From: Guillardia theta CCMP2712
Taxonomy: Eukaryota > Protista > Cryptophyta
DNA: 64,000 bases
Assembly (NCBI RefSeq): GCF_000315625.1
Contig: NW_005434608.1
Coordinates: 185,353-249,352, forward strand
Direction: 5' to 3'
Shown: in pieces, positions 12,001-22,861 of the stretch
Layout of the letters: each line of letters starts with the position of its first letter
Numbering within the stretch: the first letter of the stretch is position 1
The notes under the pieces: generated by a model
Database searches by the model: none
Seen by the model: the letters and a program-made list of their open reading frames with translations, nothing else
Told to the model about the DNA's origin: nothing
Made by a program: the position numbers and the translations under genes

Positions 12001-13328
12001 CCTTGTTCTCTCCCTTCTTCACTGGATTGCTACAGGCAGGCGTTTCCTTCTCAGAGGAGGGGATCGTTGTTGACGAGCACCAGCGCACGACCGTTGCCAA
12101 CATCATGGTCCCCACTCCCCTCCTCGCCTGTCTCCTGACCCTCCCTTCAGGCAGCAGGAGACTGCTGTACGGGGCAGGACAAGTTCTCCCACGTTGCAGG
12201 GTGGCAGGAAAGTTTCTCTCCCCTACCAATCGCCTCCCTCGGCCCTCTTGTTCACAGGCTTTTGAGCCCCTTCCTGCAGGCCTTTATCGCTACGAAAGCA
12301 GCGCTGCTGCCATGGTGGCTGAGGGGAAGCATCTCTAAAAGCTCCTCCGTCGTTCCTCGCGTCGTCTACACGAAGCCGGAGGAAAGAGACGGGAGGAGGA
12401 GGAGGAGGGAGGAGGGGGCGAGTGACGGGAAGGACGGCAGGTCGCGTCGGTCGGGCTGTCGGAGCAGGAGGTACAGGACAAGTGAGCAAGACAACTTGCG
12501 ATGTCCGACTATTTGACTGGTTGAGGGAACAGGTACGGGAAGGTAGGACGGCAATGGACCAAGGTCTCAGTGACCAAGAGCATGCTCGACCGCAGCCTGG
12601 CAGACGAGGAGGTGAAAACTTGACTCGTCGCACTCCCTCACTGACTGCTGCAGGCCGAGCAAGCCTTCATAGAAGTTTACATCCACAACGACGGGCAAGT
12701 CCTGGGGTCCACCATGGTGTCGAACCGAGCCGGGGAGCTCGTCACGCTCGTAGCTATCGCCATCAATGTACTGGCAAGCTGCTGCGAATGCGGCTGACCG
12801 CCATGGCAGAATAAGATCCACGTCAAGGACCTTGCCACGACTATCCACCCTTATCCTTCCTACGCCTTCGCTCTGCACAAGGTAATGTTCCTCTCATCTA
12901 ATCTCCCTCCTCTCCACTCTGAATTTGGCCCTTGAAGCGTATCATTTCCCATGTTTTCCTTCCTCTTTGCTAGCTCCTTGCATCTTTTCTTCAAGAGGCC
13001 TTCCTGTAGAGTCTTGTCGCTGCTCTCAACCTCTCCTCCTCTCATGGGCTCCCCCTCCTCTCCTTGTCTTTACAGTCTTGACCTGAATATTCTCACTCCC
13101 TCAGCTTTGGATAGAAGCCGCAACGCGCAATCTATTTCGCAACCTCAACGGAGGTCTTCTGGCGAGCCTGATGAGATTTGCGGTGAAACTTTCAACTCCT
13201 CTGGGTATACCAAGAACTTACTGGGTTGTCTGCGGCAGTTCGCGGCCTCGCGCATCTTTTCAAAAAAATCCAAAGCTGCTGCTACCCAACCAACCAACGA
13301 GCCAGCAAAAGAAGCACAACACGGATGA
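9052..13328 (+). CDS. Class-I pyridine nucleotide-disulfide oxidoreductase (mercuric reductase / dihydrolipoamide dehydrogenase-like) with a long N-terminal membrane extension
   Basis: YDFVVIG|GGAAGLMAA (FAD dinucleotide fold), [12 protein letters not shown]|[12 protein letters not shown] (redox CxxxxC), [25 protein letters not shown]|x[49 protein letters not shown]. The NAD(P)H-binding segment falls in the N-gap at 11782-11881. Confidence 0.88.
11782..11881. other. Assembly gap (100 N)
   Basis: Run of n. Confidence 0.99.
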
Positions 13329-13363
13329 TCTACTTGGCCAAAAAAATCAACAAAACGATGTTT

Positions 13364-15816
13364 TCATGCTAACTCGGATTTCATCATTCCCCTGCTTTCG
13401 CCTCCTTCAGTGGATGGCTTAGACGGCTGTGTGTGAGGAGCGAGGAGATGGGGAAGGCAAACCGCTTCCCACATACAGAGCAGAAGTTTGACATCTTGCC
13501 CTGCTTCGTTCCCGCAACCTGCCGTGGGTGTCAAGACTAGAAACGGCGAATGAGATGCCAACCGAGCGGCAGTGCTCAAGTATCCTCTTTCTGTTCTCGC
13601 GCATGTGGCCCACTGTCTTCTCAAGTAGAGAAAACTCTTCTTCCTTCATCGAGAGATTCACCAGCTTCCCTCCCGGCTCTAGCCCAGCATCTCTCGTTCC
13701 CATAAGATCTTCAGTCAGTATCAGCCGCACCTGGACATATCGTCACACAGCCATAATCCAATGAAACGATGAGTATTTCTCTCACCCCTGCCCCACGCGC
13801 CTCTGCGATGGAAAAGACGAGTCCATGCTGATCTGCTGAATCCAGCGAAACCCTGTCATCTTGCCCAAACATAACGCTCGCCTTTATCTACAGAGACATC
13901 ACATAAATTACAGTCACTTGATCACACTCGCAACCAGCAGAGTCTCTTGCCCATGCAGCTGAAAAACAGTCTGACCACCTCCCAGGTCACCTAATGAAAC
14001 GTGATGGTTAGAGGAAGCACCTTGAAGGAAATGTAGGCTACCTGTTGAGATTATGTACAACAAGAGATCAAACAGTGGGTCTGTCTTGATGTCTTTCCCA
14101 TCAGGCTGACTTTCATCTTCCCCATCCGACAATACAATACAAACAGGTTCTTCTTGTGGTTTTGTTTCTTCCTTCTTTGCCGTTTTCTTCCTCCTTTTCC
14201 GCGGGGATCGCAACTGAGCGCTATTATTTCTGGATTTTGCTGGTGAACCTTGTTCAAGGGTTTGTGATGAATTTGTCTCACGGAAGTCAGTATCTGTCGT
14301 GCCTGCAGCAGAAACAAACTTGCCCATCGCATCATCTCTGTTTCCTCCAAGGTCATTTCCAGATTGCAAATTGCCTGCATCGATTGCTGCGTTAGAAGGT
14401 CCAAGGTGATTGTGTTGAGGCATATCTTCTGCGTAGGGATATCTTACACTTTGAGGAGCAGATTCCACAGTCAAACCCCGTGAGGGTTTTGAGCTAGACA
14501 GAATAAAATTGCTGCAGATTACATTGTTGTTGGATAAAGAATATGAAACGTTGGAATTGTTCATAGCAGCTTCAAATGAATTCAACTCCACAGGATTTTG
14601 TGGATTCGATTCGAGAGATTGAGATGATGCAAGGACATTGCCTGATGGCAGAGAAAACTTGCTTGCATATGAGACATGATGCTGATTTACATGATGCTGA
14701 TTTGTACAATTTGAAACCATTCCATCTTGATATGTTGAAATGTGATTGTGATTTGCATGAATCGGAAAAGAGGCCACGACACCACCTGTTTCCCCAATTG
14801 CAGTCGGAGTACATGCAGCAATCTGACGTGTTGACAATAGTGAAGAATCCTTCCAGAAATCTAACTTCGAGGTTGGGGAGACATTCAAACCAGCAAACGC
14901 GTGATCTTTTATCAGGTTCGCCTCCGAAGTCTGGTCTTGCCTGAGAGGTGTCTGGCGATTGCTTGAGGTATCGTCATCCACAGCATTATTCAGACTTTGA
15001 ATAGTCGATGGACTACTTTGTACAACCTAACAAAATCGTCAAAGATTAGCCGACAAAAAGAAATATTCGTGTACAGGTGGCATATCTGTAAGCGATTTTG
15101 GTTGGCTGCACTGGGAAATAGGAGGGACATCAATCTCCCGGGCAATGAAATCCAGCCCTTCGACTAAACAAAAATGTGAAAAACATGGAAAAGATAGACA
15201 AGATCATTCGACCTTCACATCGCTGCATAAAGTTGTAAGCTTGATCCCTTTGTTGGAGCTCATCTATTATTTGGACATATTTCACCATCTTCTTCTTGAC
15301 GCACTTGTTCCCTGTTCGGACTTGCACTCGAATCCAGAACGCATTTTCATTTCTTTGAAGCTTGACGCTGGTGTATGACCGATGCCACGGTGTGAATCTT
15401 TGGTCACCTACTGGCATCAATTCATCCGGGCCCAATTCATCTGGTTTCACTTCCTGAATGACATGGATTCAGACGGATTGAGAGCGAGTTGCCTTCCTTA
15501 CCAGATTGCTGTACCAATACTTCCCCTTGCAAGCTCCGTCCTTTGGCAGAGAGGTGGATTGTAGCTCCCAAAGTTTGAAGCCCAAGCTTGACAGCCATTC
15601 TTTTCTCACCTCGACCACCCATACTTTGTTCTCCTCTGGCAGCTCGGGTTGTGCTAACTTCTTGGCAGTTCCTATCTTTCGCTTCTTAGTTCCCGGATTC
15701 AAGTACCAGCTCACAGAGCCTTGGTTCTGAGAAGACTGGGTGCCCTGGGGTAGGCTCGCATGCGCTTCACAATGAGAGGCGGATAGTGCGAATGCATGGT
15801 CCGAAGCTACCTCCAT
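13364..15816 (-). CDS. Multi-exon hypothetical nuclear protein with NLS-like basic patches and a SUMO-interacting-like motif
   Basis: Exons 15816-15502, about 15453-15215, a large exon about 15027-14040 and short 3' exons to 13364. Contains KKRK, PRKRRKKTAKK and PVCIVLSDGEDES. Confidence 0.6.
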
Positions 15817-16171
15817 CGAAAGGCTACGGCACCTTTAGAGAAGATTAACAAAAGAAACCGTTATGGAACAACTTTGATATGGTTTGACCTAAACTCTACA
15901 AGAGAATCGAAACGCTCATCACTCCCATAGGTCTGTGTATTCAGAAGTCCTCGCAATCGACCATTCCTATTCACAACTCTCTTTTTACCTCCCTGCTCCC
16001 CCCTTTTCAAGCTTTTTCTCCTCTTGCCCTCGTTCCTTCTCCACTCTCAGCATCGTCCCTCGCTCTGCCTCTCTGTCCCTGCTCCTTCTTCTCTGCTCCC
16101 TGCCGATTCTCTTCGTCGCAAATTTCTTCCCGCGCAAAAATCCTCACAAGGGCTGGGGGATGAGGGCCTTT

Positions 16172-16960
16172 TCAGGCGGCGGCCCGGGCCGGCCGGGCCG
16201 GGACTCGGGGAGTCACTGGCCCAGTGGGGCGCGGCCCGCCGCCGGTCAGGGCCGGCCCGGCCGGGCGCCTAAAGCGCCCGGCCCAGTCACGGGCCGCCCT
16301 ACTGCATGTTAAGCCCCCTACTGCATGTCTGCCGGATGACCGTGCCAGGGCTAAGTAGCCCTCGCACTGAGTCCGTACCGCGGCGCCACCGGAGGCCCCC
16401 GGCGTGGCCCGTGGCGCGCCCGGGCCCCGGGCCGGTCCGAGTCCGGCCATCGGGCCGGTACGGTCTGTCACTCCGATCCGGCGACCGGGCGGAGTGACTG
16501 TGGCACTGAGAACAAGTCACGTGACTCTCAGTGACTCACACTCGGATGGAAGGTTCCTTCAAGAATTAATGGTAGGAACGAATTGTGAACAGTTCTTCTT
16601 ATTTCTGTTTTTAAATCGAAATTGTTTATGTTCTATACAAAATAAATCCAAAAATAATTTAAATATTTCAGTTTTTTGTTTTGATCGAGTTATGCAAGGG
16701 TGTCTTCAGACTTCCAGGATCGGTGGGTGGGTAGTCGAATTTGAACCGGATACTTGAAAACGAGTGGGGTACATATTCCCATTGCTGGGGTAGGGGGGTA
16801 CTCTGATTCCTCTATCACCCACAATTCTATATATAAAAGAAGGGCAAATTGGTGAGATCATTGAAAAATGAGGGGTAGTGGAATGGAAATGAGGGTACGA
16901 AGATGATGGGTAGGGTTATGTGCCTTGGGGTAGGGTAGAAGGAAAGGGTGGAGAGGTTGG
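16172..16960 (+). repeat. Composite intergenic element: GC-rich CCGG/GGCC core, AT-rich spacer, GGGGTAG-rich arm
   Basis: Core 16172-16520, AT-rich 16590-16690, G-rich 16720-16960. The same architecture recurs at about 36050, 45850 and 58600. Confidence 0.6.
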
Positions 16961-17728
16961 CTTGATCAGCACAGCGTCGCAATGGAGGGATAGTGAGGCG
17001 CAGGAACGAGGAGCGAAGTGAGGGAAAGGGAAGACAAGGGAAGGGGGCTAGGAAGACACTGACAATGCTGGATGTATCGTATAGAGCCAGTGAACAGAAC
17101 AGTTTCTGCTATTTTGTCCAATTGGAGCAAGCAGATTGGTTGATCTGAATTCGGTACACTAACAAGGTAGTTCTCGTGTTTTCTCCGCGATCATGGTCCA
17201 AGGCCTTGATCACTATGGGGATCTCACTTGGTAACGATAGGGTAAATGTGTACAGATTTCACCTCGCACTTGAATGCTCTCCACCAACAGTTTCACCCCC
17301 TCTGGTGTTTTGGAGGTATTTGCGTTGCGGTCCGATATGTATGACCCGCCCCCCGTGTGCTGTTCCATGTCGTGTTTGTCGCACCACGTGATGATGACAT
17401 TAAGGGGCCATGGGATATGACTGAAATGCTTGATGTTGTAATGCATCTTGTTGTGCTCGTTGTTAGGAGTCGATGTTTGTTGCAAAATGCTGCAACAGTC
17501 CTTCACGTCGGCCTAGCGGATTGAAGTTAGAATGTGAGGCCAATGAGCATTTGACAATAAGGACCGATCGTACGTTGCTAGTTTTATGCGACTTTGCCAA
17601 CAACGAGCTGACATACTCTCGTCGGAAGCATGCAAAACCTCGCTAACTCTTTGCTTTCCTAGCCAAATCTCGCAACAACCACTCTGCAAACGACGGTGAC
17701 TCTGAAAGGAAGGATTGGATTGCCTGGA

Positions 17729-19457
17729 ATGACAGCAGGAATGATGGCGGGCCGGATATCCTGGTTGACTGTATTCGCTCTCCTCCTGTGCACTGTCTTT
17801 TGTCACGTACCCATCTCTGCAAGCGTTCACGTGCTAGAGTCTTCAATCCAGCCTTCGGCAAGGGTGGTCCTCGGGCTCCGAAATCGTGCGCCTGCGTCCC
17901 TGCTGAGGTTGAGAGGTGCTGGCGATGCAGATTCCAAAGTTCAGGAGGCTCTGGCCGCGAAGGAGCTCGGGAATGAAGCGTACAAGAAGAAGGATTTTGA
18001 GGAGGCGATCAAACAGTACGAAAGGGCGGCAGAACTTGATCCGACCTCGATGGTCTACCTGAACAACATCGCTGCTGCTCTGTTTGGGCAAGGAAAGTAC
18101 GAGGAGTGCATCAAGAAGTGCCAGGAGGTGGCCTTGTGCCCGTTGTCTTTCTTCCATGTAACGATTCGTTGGGGTTGTACAGGCGATTGAAGTGGGCAAG
18201 CAGTACCGATCAGACTTCAAAGACATTGCTCGAGCGCACTCGCGGTGTGGCAATGCGTGTGCAAAGCTCGGAAGGCTGGAGGAAGCCATCAAGCACTACG
18301 ACAGCTCTCTTGTCGAATTCAAGGATGGTAATGTGGAGCTCAAGGTATGATGCGAAGCGCTTTTTCCAGCCTTGGTGCTTACAATTGTGTTATGAAGCGA
18401 CGAGAAGTGATTCGACAGAAGGACGAAATCGATAAAGCCGCTTACCTCAATCCTGAAAAAGCGGAAGAGCACAGGCAGAATGGCAACGCTTTCTTCAAGG
18501 AGGGCAAATGGGTTGATGCCATCAGAGAGTACACTGAAGGGCTCAGACGAGACCCCCAGAATCACTTGATCTATTCGAATCGTGCGCAGGTCCTTGAGCC
18601 TGTGTGAAGTCATGATGTGACATGCATATTTGCATACAGACTTACATCAAGGTCATGGACTTCGGGTCAGCGTTGAAAGATTGCGACAAATGTCTCGAAC
18701 TCAAACCTGACTTCCCACGAGCATATGCCCGCAAGGCCACAGTGCAGATGCTTTGCAAGCAGGTGCCCTTCCCTTCTCCCCCTGCCCCCTCCTCCCCTTC
18801 CTCTCCCTGCACCCTCCCACTTCGCTCCATGTCCCCCAGCTGTCACCTTGTACTCGTCCAATTCCTCATGTGCTGATTTCACTTGGCAGATCCATAAAGC
18901 CAAAGAGACTGTTGAGCTGGGGCTGTCCAAGGCTCCAGAAGACCCTGAGCTGAAGGAGGCAAGCGCCTGGCACCTGCTCATCTGGCCTCCCTTCTAAAGT
19001 CAACCTCCAGGTCTTTCGCAAAGTCCAACAGAGCATCATGGGAGTAGGGCTTTCCCCGGAAGAGCGCGAGGAGGCGAGTCGACCCTCGTTGCCCTCTCCT
19101 GTGCCTCGGTGACAGAGCTCGCAGAGGGCCAAGGAGGCCATGAAGGACCCCAGCATCCAGCAGATCATGTCCGATCCCGTCATGCGCCAGGCTAGTGATC
19201 ACTTGCGGGTGAGTAGGGGAGCTGACAAGTGAGCCGCAGGTGCTGGACGACATGCAGTCAAACCCTACGTCCGCGGCCAAGCACATGCAGGTCGAGCTGC
19301 CCAACCATCTTACCATGTTGCTTGACGTGCTGTGTTGTACAGGACCCGATGGTCAAGAGGAACATCGATCTGCTGGTGGCGGCAGGTGCGTGATAGAAGG
19401 TCCAAACTTGAACGAGCTGACTCTTGTTGCTCCTTAGGAATCATTCAGATGCGATGA
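17729..19457 (+). CDS. STI1: STI1/HOP co-chaperone (TPR2A-TPR2B-DP2 only) with signal peptide and transit-like leader
   Basis: ALAAKELGNEAYKKKDFEEAIKQYERAAELDPTSMVYLNNIAA, AIEVGKQYRSDFKDIARA, AYLNPEKAEEHRQNGNAFFKEGKW, RAKEAMKDPSIQQIMSDPVMRQVLDDMQSNP, IDLLVAAGIIQMR*. Hydrophobic N-terminus WLTVFALLLCTVFCHVPISA. Confidence 0.93.
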
Positions 19458-19769
19458 GGACAAGGGCGAGACTAGGGAGCCTGCTGAATGTTGCCTGCTA
19501 CTCTGCATGAATGAAGTGGAACTCCCAATCACTCGTCCTCTCACTCCTCCCCAGCCAGTACGAAGTTTGGTCGCTCATCCACCAGCAGCGTCCGGTCCGA
19601 GAAACGGCAGGTCATCATCAACTTTGTCGATCATGGTCGTGTACTCTCTGCGCATCAGAGCATGGCATGCGTTGTAGACGGAATAAATTTTCGCTTTGCG
19701 CATATGTGAGCACACAGGAATGAGCACAAACGTTCCTTTTTATACATCGCGAATCTGGGCATAACATTT

Positions 19770-21395
19770 TCAGTTGTGCCTCATTCTTACAGGCACATCC
19801 ACTGCCGCCATGGAGTTGGCACGCTGGTAGATCGCCGTCTTGCCGTGGGCAGGATGATACACGATAGCTTCGGGATCTCCCCTGAAGCCCATCGCTCGCG
19901 CCTCCGCAAGGCTCTGCTGCAGCGTCTTGCCGTCCACCTCAACCTCATGCGCTCCCACCTTCCTTACGGGGGCTGCAGCCAGCTCTGTTGCTCCCTGTGG
20001 AGACTGGTTCGACGACCCAGGAAAGTAGAGGACGGGCTTGCCGCTAGCAGGGTGGTAGATAATTCCTTCAGGCCTGCCCTTCAATCCCAGAGACCGAGCC
20101 AACGCCATGCTCGACGAGAGCGTGCGGCCATCAACCTCGATAGGCCGTTGGCTCAGCTCAGATTTCTGCTCCCCCTGCATTTTCTTCTCGATGTTCTTCT
20201 GGGCCGCGGCCTTGCGGGCTGACGACTTGTCCTGAAGCACGTAGAGCTCTGGCTTTCCCTGTGCTGGATGGTAGACGATGGCCTCTGGCTGGCCCTTCAA
20301 TCCCATCTTGTGAGCAGCATTGATGCTACCGGCAAGTGTGCTTGAGTCCACTTCGATCTTTCCTTGCTGTGCTGACGCCAACTCCTGGGTCGTGCCCGAG
20401 AGAGGTGGGGGCTTGACATAAGGCTTCGCCTTCATGTACACATCAGGCTTTCCGTGTGCTGAAGGCAAGAAGATGTTAGAGGTGCTGTGGTCAGATCAAC
20501 AAGCAAGCGCACCAGGATGGTAGATGATCGCCTGGGGGTCTCCTTTGAAGCCAAGGTCATGCGCTTCATCAATGCTCTGCTGGAGAGTCTGCGCCTTCAC
20601 TTCAACCTCGCCCTTCTTCTTGCTCTGAGCCACTGAGCGAGCAGCCGACTTCAACGGAATGACGTCAAAGAGCTCTCCATGGAGATCCGCGTACTTGGGG
20701 GGTCCCTGCAGGCCCTCGGACTCGGCCTTTTCCATGGCGCCTTCAATGGTAGGGGAGTCAATGACCTGCGAGAGAGCAGCAGCATCCTTGCTCTTCTCCT
20801 TGGAGTTCAGCCTGTCGTAGCAGAACCTCTGGAGCATCTCGTTGCCGGCAAACTCCTTAGCGCAGAACTCCATCAGCTTGAGAGCCATCATGCTTCCAGG
20901 CTGAGCAAGCACAGACGACTTGGCCGCAAGCCTTGCCTTCGCCGCAGACTTCACGTCCTCCTTGTCAGCCTTCGGGAGGTTGATTCCTGCAACCTTGTTC
21001 ATCCTGTCTGACCTGAACTTCTCAGCTTCCAATCGCTCCTTAGCCTCTGCCTCCCACTTGCCCAGGACGGCGGCCATCCTCTCCTGCTGCCTCTCGTCTT
21101 CGACCACGTCCTCTTCCCCTGCAATCTCTCCAGCCTTGAACCCGTTGATGTATGCCTGCCTCTCAGCCAGAAAGAGCAGACTGTTCGCTCCGAGCTCCTT
21201 CAGAGCGGAGATCCTCCGCTGCTCGTCGACATTCTGCAGGAGGGAGCTGGAAGAGTGATAATGATGAACGACCGCCGCCATGAGCAGGAGCGATGCTGCC
21301 ACCCCGGCCACAACAGTTCCAATCCTCTTCGCCGACTTGTTGGTGGCTCCAGCAGTCATCTCCTCCGCATCCACGATCTCGATGCGGCTCAGCAT
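19770..21395 (-). CDS. Type-II membrane/secreted protein with four tandem copies of an unrecognised 40-aa domain
   Basis: ATG at 21395 and one 54-nt GT-AG intron (20459-20512) joining IIYHP|AHGKP. Signal anchor IGTVVAGVAASLLLMAAVV. Repeat consensus [IV]EVDxxTLxxSxxxAxxxG[LF][KR]GxPxxI[IV]YHPAxGKPxxY. Confidence 0.85.
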
Positions 21396-22861
21396 CCTTA
21401 CGAGCCTGCCCACTAGCGTCAGACGAATGCTCAAGACACACGAACAGCACAGGCTATCGAGCTGACCAAGGAAGATCAAGGAGAACAAAACTTCTAAATT
21501 ATTTAACCTCGTTAGTAAACTTACATCATCATCCTACACACCACTTGCCAATGACTTGAAAAACAATCTCTTTCTATGCACGTATCCCAAAATTCTACAA
21601 ACAATCCATGATGAGAAAAACACGTCTTGGCCTACTACAGACCCTGGGTCGGACCGACCTCATTTCTATCGTAGGCTTAACAGCGACATACATCCTTGCT
21701 ATCTACAACCCAGTGTCCGCATGATCCTCTCCCCTCGCTACTTCGGCTACTTTTCCTCCACCCAGCATACTGGTTATCTTGGACATTCTGAGCCTTGCGC
21801 GAAACACCCAAAATAGCGATAAAGTTGGGCGGGGAAATTCAATAATGGGCGAAATACTATGGTGAAAATTGAAATTTGGCCAGACCGGTGGAAGGAGTTT
21901 TGACTCTAAAAGAGATTAGCTCAATTATTTTTTCGAAACCAATTGCACCCGCCCGAAGTTTTTTAGGCAGAAAACAAGATTAGCTCATTCTGTTGTTGAA
22001 GACCTTGGGTTTGGTGATAGTTTTCAATTATTTGGTCTACATTTCATTATCTCACTAGAAACAATTCATTTCCGAAGTTGAACTTTAAAAGGGCACGAAC
22101 TTTCTGGCCAAACTGAACACAGAAAGTTCGATCGAACTACTACAACGTTTTTAGATGAATGTAAATGTTTATTAAAGGCAATCCTAAAACTAGTTGTTGC
22201 TCTGCTGCTGTTCCCGCTATAAAAGTTTGAGTTTTTGGGTAAGCCATTGTTATACTTGGTACAAATTCTGTGCAACAATGCCGTACAGAAATCATTTCGA
22301 AGAAGCCATTTTTAAAATAAACATCATTGTATACAGCATCTGAGTACAACATATATCTATAGTTTTTGTAACTGAAGGTATTGATAATAACAACTTTTGT
22401 ACCATTTGGCCATCAATGTTCTCAACTCTGGTACTCAATATACAATTATGTAATTGCTGAGTTATAGCGAAACACTACCACTACTGGCTAAGAGGCTGAA
22501 GAACTGCAGAGAAGGCGGAAACTATTGCAGACAAGTGCAAGGGAAGGATGAAGAGAGGAGACGGCGACGAAGGCGAAGAGAGATGAGAGAAACGATCATG
22601 GCCGTGAGATAGAATCAGGAAGTATGAAGAAGGGAAAGAGCAGAACCGAGCTCGGTACCAAGATATCTGACGATTTCTGGCTGGTGGTAGGGTAGATCAA
22701 TGTGAAGGTATGATAAGAGGCAAAAGACAGAGATGATACGATCCTCCCGAGGTAGTTTACACCGAGTTTGGTTTCTCGGACTAGCAAACTGCACTTGGAA
22801 ATCTTGCAGCAACCGTGTATTGACCCCGTTGTGCAGGTTCACACGATAGACTGGCCCGACC

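Noticed and set aside
9052-13328. Calling the reductase merA or lpd
   Set aside because: It lacks the MerA C-terminal Cys-Cys and the LPD HPTxxE motif, so it was left as a family-level call.
21821-21962. Possible MITE with gggcgggg / cccgccc terminal inverted repeats
   Set aside because: The match is short and imperfect, with no target-site duplication and no second copy in the window.
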